From an uncultured Gammaproteobacteria bacterium (GTDB lineage Bacteria; Patescibacteriota; Microgenomatia; UBA8517): 64,000 bases of DNA. Every line of letters starts with the position of its first letter. The stretch's first letter is position 1. Under the pieces are notes generated by a model. That model was not told the DNA's origin. It ran no database searches and saw nothing but the letters and a program-made list of their open reading frames with translations. A program made the translations under genes and the position numbers. Of the stretch, positions 29,239 through 37,664 are shown piece after piece. The stretch covers positions 8,411-72,410 of the forward strand of contig OZ246419.1 of assembly GCA_965231135.1 (NCBI GenBank), written 5' to 3'.

Positions 29239-31608
29239 TTACAATTTTGCACGTCTTGTAATTTCGGCTTCGACTAACCTTGCGTCTTTGCCATAGCGAA
29301 GTCGGCTCATTTCTTTAATTATTTCTGCGACACGTTTATTGGCTTTTTCTTTATCTCCTTTAATATCTTTTGTGGTATCAATTGAAAAAGGCGCGACGGG
29401 CTCATTATTTACAATTGTTTTCATAAAAGCGTGATATCGTTCGACATTTAATAAATCGTCTTCTGAAAATACAGGCGTAAATTCATGAGACAAATAACTG
29501 GCATCAGTTACACCGACACGAAAAGAAATAATTGAACCGACATTTCCAAAAATAGCAGCTTTAACTTCTTCTTCAACCTGGCCGATAAACTGATTGGCAA
29601 CTGTTAATCCCAAACGATATTTTCTTGCCTCTGATAAAATGACAGCAAAATCAGGAGTCGCAAAGTTTTGAAACTCGTCAACATAAAGGAAAAAGTCGCG
29701 GCGATTTTCCATAGGAGTATCAGCTCGAGACATTGCAGCCATAAGAATGCGAGGAACTAAAATTAATCCCAAGAAATTAGAATTCTCTTCTCCTAAAGTT
29801 CCCTTTGATAAATTAATTAGCAAAATTTTTCCGGTGTCCATTACTTCTCTTAAATCAAACGAAGATTGCGACTGACCAATAATATTTCTCACCAATTTAT
29901 TGGTAACAAATCTTCCAAATTTGGAAGTAATATAATCAAGAACTTCTGATTTATGGAAATCACTTGTTTGAGCAATCTGGTCTGTCCAGTAACGCCTGAC
30001 AATTGGATCAGTAACTTGAGGCAATAATTCTTGAACATATCTGGCGTCTGTCAAAATGCGCATGACTTCAATAAAAGAAGTTTCTGGAGCGGACATTGCT
30101 GTAAGCATGGCATTTCTGACTGCGTGCTCAAAACGAGGACCAACAATACCAGTTTTATAGGGATCAAAAAGTTTATACATCATGTTAATAACGGCCGTAG
30201 CTGCAAAATGTTTTTGGTCTTCTGTTTTTGCTTCCATTAAATTTAGACCAACAGGACGCTCGGTGTCTGAAGGATTAAAGTAAATAACATCTTCGGCGCG
30301 CTCTGGAGGAATCATTTCAAGGATCTGCTCAACAGCATCGCCGTGCGGATCCATAAAACATAAACCTTTGCCTTCATTAATATCCTGAAGAATCATTTGC
30401 TTTAAAAATTCTGACTTGCCTGTTCCTGTCTTTCCAATAATGTACATATGGCGAAGACGATCTTCGTTGCCGATATAAACAGGCCTTTCAACGCCACGGT
30501 AAACGCTTTTGCCAAGATATAAACCACTGGTTGGAATTTCTGCTGGGGCCGGAGCAGTTTTTGCATTTACCCAAAAAATATGAGGAGTTGTGATTGCGCG
30601 ATTTGGAAAGTGATAAAGAGTTGCAAGTTCTTCTGAATTTAAAACTGACTTGTGATTGCCGCGGACATTGAACTCTGGCTGATAGCGATACAGAAAATCT
30701 TCCATAAACATGGATTTATTAAAAATTTTACGCCCTCCTAAGCCATTTAATTCACCGTTAAATTGTTCAAAGGTACTACTAATATTGCTTAAATGGGCTT
30801 TGGCTGATTCTTCGGTTGCCGCAACGACAACAATACGAACTGAAGTTTCAAAACCTGGTTTATTAACTTTGGTTTCTACATTTTCAAGAGATTTTCCAGA
30901 AACACTAAACTTTGCTTTTTCAGGATCACTTTCCTGCTTTTTGGTCTTACTAATGAAATCTTTTCCTTCTTTGCTCCAGGGAATTTCTGCAGGAGAGATT
31001 ACAATCTGGATTGCAGCGCCCTCACCTGCTCCCATTTTGGCAAGAGCTGAAGTCAAACTTGAAAGCGGATCGGTTGCTAGATCTTTGTAAACTCTAATTG
31101 GATTAAAGTTTGGCTTTTTTAATTGAAAAGATTTGTATGCAACTTTTCCATCTTCTGTAAAAATATTATATTCATCAACTTGTTTTACTTCAGCTTGAGG
31201 GTAAGCGCCGTGAACCTGTTTTTCAATTAAATCTACTAATTTTTTTGGCGTCCAAATATAAAACCTAATGTCTTCGGGGCGCGCTACAATTTCAAATGAA
31301 ACAACAGGCTGAACATCGTATTTTTGTTTCCAACCTCCTTTTTTAATGGAATTAAGACTAGAAAATAACTGTTCCATGGCGTCAATTTTGATGTCATTTG
31401 TTTGAGGAACTGCAATTTGAAGTAGAACTGATTTTAAAGATCTCTCTTCTCGGTGACGATTTTTGTAAAAAGTAAAACCAATGAAACCTAAAACTGCGAG
31501 AATTAAAACTGCGATACAAAAAAAGAGAGCAGCAAAAAATAATACCGGAAAGTTTATTGCCGGCAAAGAAGATACAGAAACTGGAACTGATGAACTAGTT
31601 ATTGGCAT
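29239..31608 (-). CDS. TraD/VirD4-like type IV secretion coupling ATPase (DUF87/FtsK-HerA superfamily)
   Basis: Two N-terminal TM helices and P-loop Walker A IIGKTGTGKSEF. Walker B is YVDEFQNF (hydrophobics then DE). 789 aa. Confidence 0.65.
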   Translation of the reverse strand: MPITSSSVPVSVSSLPAINFPVLFFAALFFCIAVLILAVLGFIGFTFYKNRHREERSLKSVLLQIAVPQTNDIKIDAMEQLFSSLNSIKKGGWKQKYDVQPVVSFEIVARPEDIRFYIWTPKKLVDLIEKQVHGAYPQAEVKQVDEYNIFTEDGKVAYKSFQLKKPNFNPIRVYKDLATDPLSSLTSALAKMGAGEGAAIQIVISPAEIPWSKEGKDFISKTKKQESDPEKAKFSVSGKSLENVETKVNKPGFETSVRIVVVAATEESAKAHLSNISSTFEQFNGELNGLGGRKIFNKSMFMEDFLYRYQPEFNVRGNHKSVLNSEELATLYHFPNRAITTPHIFWVNAKTAPAPAEIPTSGLYLGKSVYRGVERPVYIGNEDRLRHMYIIGKTGTGKSEFLKQMILQDINEGKGLCFMDPHGDAVEQILEMIPPERAEDVIYFNPSDTERPVGLNLMEAKTEDQKHFAATAVINMMYKLFDPYKTGIVGPRFEHAVRNAMLTAMSAPETSFIEVMRILTDARYVQELLPQVTDPIVRRYWTDQIAQTSDFHKSEVLDYITSKFGRFVTNKLVRNIIGQSQSSFDLREVMDTGKILLINLSKGTLGEENSNFLGLILVPRILMAAMSRADTPMENRRDFFLYVDEFQNFATPDFAVILSEARKYRLGLTVANQFIGQVEEEVKAAIFGNVGSIISFRVGVTDASYLSHEFTPVFSEDDLLNVERYHAFMKTIVNNEPVAPFSIDTTKDIKGDKEKANKRVAEIIKEMSRLRYGKDARLVEAEITRRAKL

Positions 31609-31888
31609 TTTCTTTTGCTAACATCCTCAAGAAAAATCTAGCGAGCCAAGTAGCAGCGTCATTAATAGAACCTCCCGCTTTTTGAATTAGTGAATTTCTA
31701 TCGGATGGAATCTGTATTTTAGCAGATTGAGTTCCATTTTGCGTTATAGGCTGATTATTACTATTTAAAGTGGCTTTGGGAGTTTGAGGAGTAGAAGCGA
31801 TACCTGCACTAGCTAGATTTTCCGAAAAAATTTCAGACGGGTGCTCAACTACTTTTTGATCTACTGGAATTTCCGGAGTCACGGGCAT
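31595..31888 (-). CDS. hypothetical protein (doubtful)
   Basis: Overlaps both neighbouring genes and has a low-complexity sequence. Confidence 0.2.
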   Translation of the reverse strand: MPVTPEIPVDQKVVEHPSEIFSENLASAGIASTPQTPKATLNSNNQPITQNGTQSAKIQIPSDRNSLIQKAGGSINDAATWLARFFLRMLAKENANN

Positions 31889-32438
31889 GATTTATTGTAG
31901 CACGGCCAACCCATATTTCTTCCTTAATATTTTCTTTAAAATTTACATAGCGACTAAACTGAAACATAAAATCGCTTAGTCTATTTATATACATCTTTAT
32001 ATTACCGTGAACAGATTCTAATTCGCTTAATGCAGTAATTTCTCTTTCTGCTCTTCTTGTAGCTGATCTGCAAACATGTAATTGAGCTCCTAAATTTGTT
32101 CCACCAGGCAAAATAAAATTACTAAGTTTGGGAAGCTCTTTATCCCACTCGTCAATCTTTTTCTCCAGAAAATTAGTTTTGGATTTTGAAAATTTTAAAC
32201 CAGAACCACCGAGATGGGATCCAATGGTTAAAAGATTTCTTTGAACTTCTGAAAGAAGTTTTGTGTAAGATTTATCGTTAGTAAAACTCTTGGCTAGACC
32301 AATAAAGGAATCTAATTCGTCAATTGCGCCAATTGCTCGAACCCTTAAAGATGATTTGGAAATTCTGATTTTTTGCTCAGGGTTATGAGAAAATAATCCA
32401 GTTTCTCCTTTATCACCTTTTTTAGTATAGATTGGCAT
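31845..32438 (-). CDS. ATP:cob(I)alamin adenosyltransferase, PduO-type
   Basis: Has the N-terminal MPIYTKKGDKGETGLF (the PduO/MMAB signature) and is 197 aa. Confidence 0.85.
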   Translation of the reverse strand: MPIYTKKGDKGETGLFSHNPEQKIRISKSSLRVRAIGAIDELDSFIGLAKSFTNDKSYTKLLSEVQRNLLTIGSHLGGSGLKFSKSKTNFLEKKIDEWDKELPKLSNFILPGGTNLGAQLHVCRSATRRAEREITALSELESVHGNIKMYINRLSDFMFQFSRYVNFKENIKEEIWVGRATINHARDSGNSSRSKSS

Positions 32439-32684
32439 TTATTTTACAATAGTAAACTTTTGTAAAAATTCTTCAAGAGGGCGGACCCAGACAATGCCTT
32501 TGCCATATAAGGCGCGATAAACTACTGCAACTTCTTCAGAGCTTTCTATAAAACCAACTGATTCAATAACATAATAATGGTTTGGATTTTTATAATGAAA
32601 ATAAATACCGCCAACTTTAACTTTTTTAATTCCTTTGTTTAATTTTTCTTCAAGAACATCAAATGGAGTATGAGACATTAACAC
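32439..32684 (-). CDS. DUF1653 domain protein
   Basis: GGIYFHYKN...YVIESV...VVYRALYG matches DUF1653. It overlaps the RNR stop. Confidence 0.55.
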   Translation of the reverse strand: MLMSHTPFDVLEEKLNKGIKKVKVGGIYFHYKNPNHYYVIESVGFIESSEEVAVVYRALYGKGIVWVRPLEEFLQKFTIVK

Positions 32685-35077
32685 TCAGAATAACCACAGC
32701 TATAACACTTCTTACAACCTTCTTCGAGGACTAGACTTGCCTGGCCACAGCTTGGACATAAATCTTTTTTAAGACTTGGGCTACTATTAATAGTTAACTG
32801 GGCTGATTCAACTGTTATTTCTAAACTTTGCTGAACCGCCTGAGTTTCATCTTTATGGACTGGCATAAGACCAAAATGCATTGAGATTGCTTTGGCAACA
32901 GCATCGGGAAGACTTCTCACTTTGTTTGGACCAAAGCCAACAGAACTTCCGCCGCCGATTCCCTGCAACTGCTCCACTAAATCTTTTGCTCTTTCAAGAG
33001 GAGGCATATGATTTCCAAATCTTAAAGTTGTAGAAATTAATCTTCCAATCGCTTCTGCCATTGCTGCAACTTCCGAGCCGGCTTTGCCGATTGCGACGAA
33101 AACTTCAAAGGGATTGCCATTTTGATCTTGATTTACTGTGATAAATGCACTTCCCATAGGGGTTGGAATTCTATAAGTTGCTCCTTCAACTTTGGTTGGG
33201 CGAGGTTTAATTTCAAGAGCTACAGGTGCCTCTTCTTTCTTTTCATCGACTTTTGATAAAACTCCAGTTCTGCTTCCATCTCTAAAATAAGTGACACCTT
33301 TACAACCCAATTCGTAAGCCAAGTTGTAAAGCTTTTTGACATCCTCAACACTGTGACTTTCTGGAGCATTCACAGTTTTACTTATTGATGAGTCAACATA
33401 TTCTTGAATTTTTGCCTGGACTCTGACATGTTCTTCAGGACTTAATTGACTGGCGCTTACAAAATAATCTGGAACCTTATCGCCTGGATGTTTATCAATC
33501 CATTCCTGATATAAAGGATGGTTGACTACATGTACTCCTGTTCTATCAGTTCGCTTAAAAGTAAATTCGTAAACTGGCTCAATACCTGAGCTAACTCCCG
33601 CCAATATAGAGATCGTACCAGTTGGAGCTTGGGTTAGGATAACTGCATTTCTAATGCCATTTTTCTCTATTTTTTCCTGTAATTCGACTGGAAGCTTTTT
33701 AATAAACTGGCCTTTCATATATTTTTCTTTAATAAATCCACCAAAAGGTCCTTTTTCTTTTGAAAGAGATGCTGAGGTAGAATAAGCGCTATCGCGAATT
33801 GTTTTATAAATTTTATCAATTGCTACCAAACTTTCATCACTTCCATATTTGATTCCCATTTTGATTAAAGCATCGCCAAGACCTAAAGTGCCAAGGCCTG
33901 TGCGCCTTATTTTTTTAGCAGCTTCTTCATTTTCTTTGTAGAAATAATAATTTGCATCAACAACATTATCTAAAAATCTAGTTGCAATAGCTGCGTGCTC
34001 TTTTAAAGCATCGTAATCCATTTGCCCATCTTTAACGAACATTGGCAAATTAAGATGACCTAAATTACAAACTCCCCAGGGGCCAAGGCCTTGCTCACCG
34101 CAAGGATTGGTTGCAATAATTTTTTCAAAATACCAAGTGTTGCTCATTTTGTTGTAGCGATCAATGAAAACAACTCCGGGCTCTGCAGATCTCCAGGCCG
34201 CTTTTGCAATCATTTCCCAAATATCTTTTGCTTTAACTGTTTTATAAACTTTGGTTGGATAACCTTTTTTCTGCCAAGATTTTATATCTCCATCCCATTC
34301 GTCATCATACTTTTCAAATGAAGTATCTGGGAATTTTAATTCCCAGTCTAAATCTCCCTTAACGGCAGCCATAAAATCATCTGAAACACAGACTGAAAGG
34401 TTTGCTCCAGGAATTTTACTTAGATCTTCTTTGACTGTAATGAATTCTTCAATATCTGGATGCCAATCATTAAGCATTAACATTAATGCACCGCGGCGAG
34501 AACCTCCCTGCTGGATAACATCGTGATTTGCAGTTGAATAAAGAGAAGCCCAATTAACAGGACCGCTTGATGTGCCGTTTACCTTTTTAACTCGGGCGCC
34601 GCGAGGGCGAAGTGTACTTAAATTTAAACCAACTCCACCAGCACGGGATTGAATTTCAACAGTTGTAGTTATATTTTCCATAATTCCTCCACGAGAATCT
34701 GAAGGAGACGGAATTACATAACAATTATAATAAGTAACTTCATAAGGAGTTCCGGCGCCGGATAAAATCCTTCCAGCTGGAATAAATTTGAAATCTTTCA
34801 TTGCCTGATAAAACTTTTCTTCCCAGAATTTTTGAAGTTTTGTAGCTTCTTGTTGGCTTATTCCCCATGCAACACGCCTCCACATTTGTTCTGGATATTT
34901 CTCGAGAGCTTTTCCCTCTTCGTCTTTGAGAGAATATCTATCAAGAAAAATTTCCTGTCTAAAGCCATCTAATACAGTAGGGTTTACTGGAGAGGCAAAA
35001 ACAAAATCTTTATTTAATAAATTTTTCTTAGTTTCTTTTACTTCTTTTTCTTTTTGTGTTGGAACAACTGTTGGCAT
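32678..35077 (-). CDS. nrdJ: adenosylcobalamin-dependent ribonucleotide reductase (class II, NrdJ-like) with a C-terminal Zn ribbon
   Basis: Has the active-site region ATNPCGEQ...CNLG and a C-terminal CPSCG...CKKCYSCG. It is 799 aa and the PduO adenosyltransferase gene is adjacent. Confidence 0.9.
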   Translation of the reverse strand: MPTVVPTQKEKEVKETKKNLLNKDFVFASPVNPTVLDGFRQEIFLDRYSLKDEEGKALEKYPEQMWRRVAWGISQQEATKLQKFWEEKFYQAMKDFKFIPAGRILSGAGTPYEVTYYNCYVIPSPSDSRGGIMENITTTVEIQSRAGGVGLNLSTLRPRGARVKKVNGTSSGPVNWASLYSTANHDVIQQGGSRRGALMLMLNDWHPDIEEFITVKEDLSKIPGANLSVCVSDDFMAAVKGDLDWELKFPDTSFEKYDDEWDGDIKSWQKKGYPTKVYKTVKAKDIWEMIAKAAWRSAEPGVVFIDRYNKMSNTWYFEKIIATNPCGEQGLGPWGVCNLGHLNLPMFVKDGQMDYDALKEHAAIATRFLDNVVDANYYFYKENEEAAKKIRRTGLGTLGLGDALIKMGIKYGSDESLVAIDKIYKTIRDSAYSTSASLSKEKGPFGGFIKEKYMKGQFIKKLPVELQEKIEKNGIRNAVILTQAPTGTISILAGVSSGIEPVYEFTFKRTDRTGVHVVNHPLYQEWIDKHPGDKVPDYFVSASQLSPEEHVRVQAKIQEYVDSSISKTVNAPESHSVEDVKKLYNLAYELGCKGVTYFRDGSRTGVLSKVDEKKEEAPVALEIKPRPTKVEGATYRIPTPMGSAFITVNQDQNGNPFEVFVAIGKAGSEVAAMAEAIGRLISTTLRFGNHMPPLERAKDLVEQLQGIGGGSSVGFGPNKVRSLPDAVAKAISMHFGLMPVHKDETQAVQQSLEITVESAQLTINSSPSLKKDLCPSCGQASLVLEEGCKKCYSCGYSEC

Positions 35078-35182
35078 ATTTGAAAAAAATTAAAAGTTTT
35101 CATATATGAAAACTTTTTAAGATAAATTCATATTATCTTCTCAAAATTTTTCGTCAACTGGATTTTAATAATTCAAAAGAGG

Positions 35183-35857
35183 TCAATTTAAAAGATATGG
35201 ATTTTGAGGAACTGGAAGATGTACTTCGTTTAAATTATCGCGGCCAAAACCATAAAGAGTATTTGGAGAATTTTCAATTTTAATAATTAACGGTTTAACA
35301 TTTTCCGGAGCAACAGTTGCAAGACTATTTATAACTTTTGCATGCTCAATTGTTGAAAGTGTGTATTTTTGTAAAAAATCTTTCATGTCACTACCTTCTT
35401 GTGAAGCTAAATATTCTTCCCTATTTGATTCGCTTAAATAATTTTCAGCCTTTGATAAAACAGAAAAACCTAAATTTGATTTACCTTCTTCAAATAAGAC
35501 AACTGCTGCTGCCAACCTTTTGTTGGCGAGAGCTAAATTAAGATTTGCTTTTTGAGCGGGATTTATTGTTAACAAACTCCAGACTTTATCTCTTAACGCG
35601 ATCATTGGCCAAAAAGGACTATCAGGCAAAATATGGCCTGGATAAGGAAGATTGCTAACTATTGTTAAATTTGTAGATTTTACCGGTGAAGGAGTTGGAA
35701 GATCTTGAGAAAAAGCTTGAACCTGAGAGACCCTAAGTATTGAAATTATTAGTATTAACGAAGCTAGAAGTGAACTCCCGAAAAAGAGTAATAAATTCTT
35801 AAGCATTGGGTAAGAATAATAGTACAAACTAAGTGCAAGTACGTCAAGACAAAACAA
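35183..35857 (-). CDS. hypothetical secreted/membrane-anchored protein
   Basis: The true start is probably the internal Met MLKNLLLFF (signal/TM). It lies downstream of the CPBP protease gene. Confidence 0.4.
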   Translation of the reverse strand: MFCLDVLALSLYYYSYPMLKNLLLFFGSSLLASLILIISILRVSQVQAFSQDLPTPSPVKSTNLTIVSNLPYPGHILPDSPFWPMIALRDKVWSLLTINPAQKANLNLALANKRLAAAVVLFEEGKSNLGFSVLSKAENYLSESNREEYLASQEGSDMKDFLQKYTLSTIEHAKVINSLATVAPENVKPLIIKIENSPNTLYGFGRDNLNEVHLPVPQNPYLLN

Positions 35858-35889
35858 ATGCGAACACTTACTGTCGTGAAAATATCAAA

Positions 35890-36540
35890 CTATCTAAAGA
35901 GAGCAATGGGCCATTCCCAAAGAACGTGAAGAAAAATTGATGAAGATATATTTTTGGTGCGAGCATAAACAAATGCAGATCCAAGTCCAAATACAAAAGT
36001 TAAAAATAGATAAACTGCAGCCGAAAGCGGATCTAGTTTATTTACAAAAATAGTGATTGGAATATGAATTATTGTCCAGCCAATTGTTGTAATAATATTT
36101 GCCTGCCATTCGTTTCCAAGAACTGCCCAGATGCGAGTAAAAAAATAACCTCTAAAAACTATTTCTTCTGAAATTGCTGTTGCAAAGGAAATTGCAAGCG
36201 ATGTGAAAAGAGTTTCATTTCCTAAATTTGCTGCAAAATTAAATTGACCGTATTTGAAAAAATTAGCAATTACTGCTTCGATTGTGAAAAGTGCTCCTAA
36301 AAATAAACTTAAATAAATGCCTTTAAAAAGATTTTTCCAGGTTATGCCAATACTTTGTAAATTATTTTTTTCCAATTTTACTAAATAAAAAACTGGAATG
36401 ATCCAAATAACTGGCTTAATTATTATTTCTTCAACAAAATCAGGGAGCTGAAAAAGGATGCGGTAAAATCCCCACACAAGCAAAAGGAAAGTAAAAAGAA
36501 GCGTAACATGCTTAATTAATGTAGTTTTACTTACCTTCAT
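35890..36540 (-). CDS. CPBP family intramembrane glutamic endopeptidase (CAAX protease/Abi-like)
   Basis: Shows motif 1 TAISEEIVFRGY and a conserved His in SSIFLHVLWEW; multi-TM. Confidence 0.8.
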   Translation of the reverse strand: MKVSKTTLIKHVTLLFTFLLLVWGFYRILFQLPDFVEEIIIKPVIWIIPVFYLVKLEKNNLQSIGITWKNLFKGIYLSLFLGALFTIEAVIANFFKYGQFNFAANLGNETLFTSLAISFATAISEEIVFRGYFFTRIWAVLGNEWQANIITTIGWTIIHIPITIFVNKLDPLSAAVYLFLTFVFGLGSAFVYARTKNISSSIFLHVLWEWPIALFR

Positions 36541-37030
36541 TTAACTTCATTTTACACTTATCGTAAGCTTCATCAACAGCACCAATTATCATCTCTACTC
36601 TCTTTTTTGCTTCATTAAAATCAATTGCCCGTTTTTCATCCGGGAACCAATGAAATAAAAGATTGCGGCAATTTTTCCAGGCTTCCCAAAGATTGGCACT
36701 TAGAGTTTTATCACCATTAAACATTGCTGTTAATTTATCGTAAACGCTTTCTGAGCGAAATCTTTCTTCAAGCGACGGATTTAAAGCCATACCAATCCTA
36801 AAATGTTTGCCGTAATAATCTTCACTTGTTATAAAATTTAAATCCAAAAATAATTTTTTAAGAAAACCTTCGTAAGCTTTTGCTGCTGGGAAAACTATAA
36901 AAGAATAATCATGGAAAGTGTCTTTCCATAAAGGAACGACGGCCAGGAGCTCAAAAGATTCCTCAAGAAGCTCAACTAAATCTTCTTCAAGATAATCATA
37001 CCAGGGTTTATTTTTTAAATTATCTTGCAT
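36527..37030 (-). CDS. hypothetical protein, possible HEPN-like domain (Rx4H motif)
   Basis: Predicted helical; carries CRNLLFHWF (R-x4-H). It overlaps the CPBP gene start by 14 nt. Confidence 0.35.
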   Translation of the reverse strand: MQDNLKNKPWYDYLEEDLVELLEESFELLAVVPLWKDTFHDYSFIVFPAAKAYEGFLKKLFLDLNFITSEDYYGKHFRIGMALNPSLEERFRSESVYDKLTAMFNGDKTLSANLWEAWKNCRNLLFHWFPDEKRAIDFNEAKKRVEMIIGAVDEAYDKCKMKLNEGK

Positions 37031-37058
37031 TACTTAAAAAGTATAACTTCATTGATTT

Positions 37059-37640
37059 ATGATTGTAAATATAATAAGATCACGAAAACAGATGACTATT
37101 GATAGATTGAATCCAACAAGTCACGAACAAGAATTTTTAGAAAATAATTTAGAAATTAGTGATAATGGCCGTGCTACTTGGGTAAGATGGAAGTGTAATT
37201 CTGATTTAGGAACTACTTTAGAAGCTGTTAATCATTCTTTAGGCGAACTTCGTACGCAAGGTTTTCGCATTCACAATAACCTCCAAGAGTCTTTAGTTCA
37301 AGTAGTTTGCAGAAATAAACGAACAAGACAAACTTCGTGGTTTAAATATTATAAAGAAGGCCAGCTTCCTGTTGATTTAGATTTATTAAATATTCCTGAT
37401 AAAGATTGCAATCCAGTTCAAGTAGAATTTCATTCTTCTTTAATGTTTGTCCGCTTACATCTTAGTAATGTTGAAGCCAGGGAATTGTTAGAGGAAACTG
37501 CAGTCAATAAAGTTGAGGTTTTAACTCAATATAATATGAGTGGCCATATATTTGATTTAGTTAAGTCTAGTGTCAAAAATGTAGAATTTTCTGAAGATCT
37601 TCAACAACATCTTCGCAAAAGTCTATCTATTTATCCGTAA
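37059..37640 (+). CDS. hypothetical protein
   Basis: ORF immediately upstream of PBP1A. Confidence 0.4.
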   Translation: MIVNIIRSRKQMTIDRLNPTSHEQEFLENNLEISDNGRATWVRWKCNSDLGTTLEAVNHSLGELRTQGFRIHNNLQESLVQVVCRNKRTRQTSWFKYYKEGQLPVDLDLLNIPDKDCNPVQVEFHSSLMFVRLHLSNVEARELLEETAVNKVEVLTQYNMSGHIFDLVKSSVKNVEFSEDLQQHLRKSLSIYP

Positions 37641-37664
37641 AGATGGTTTGAGTTATAATTAGTA

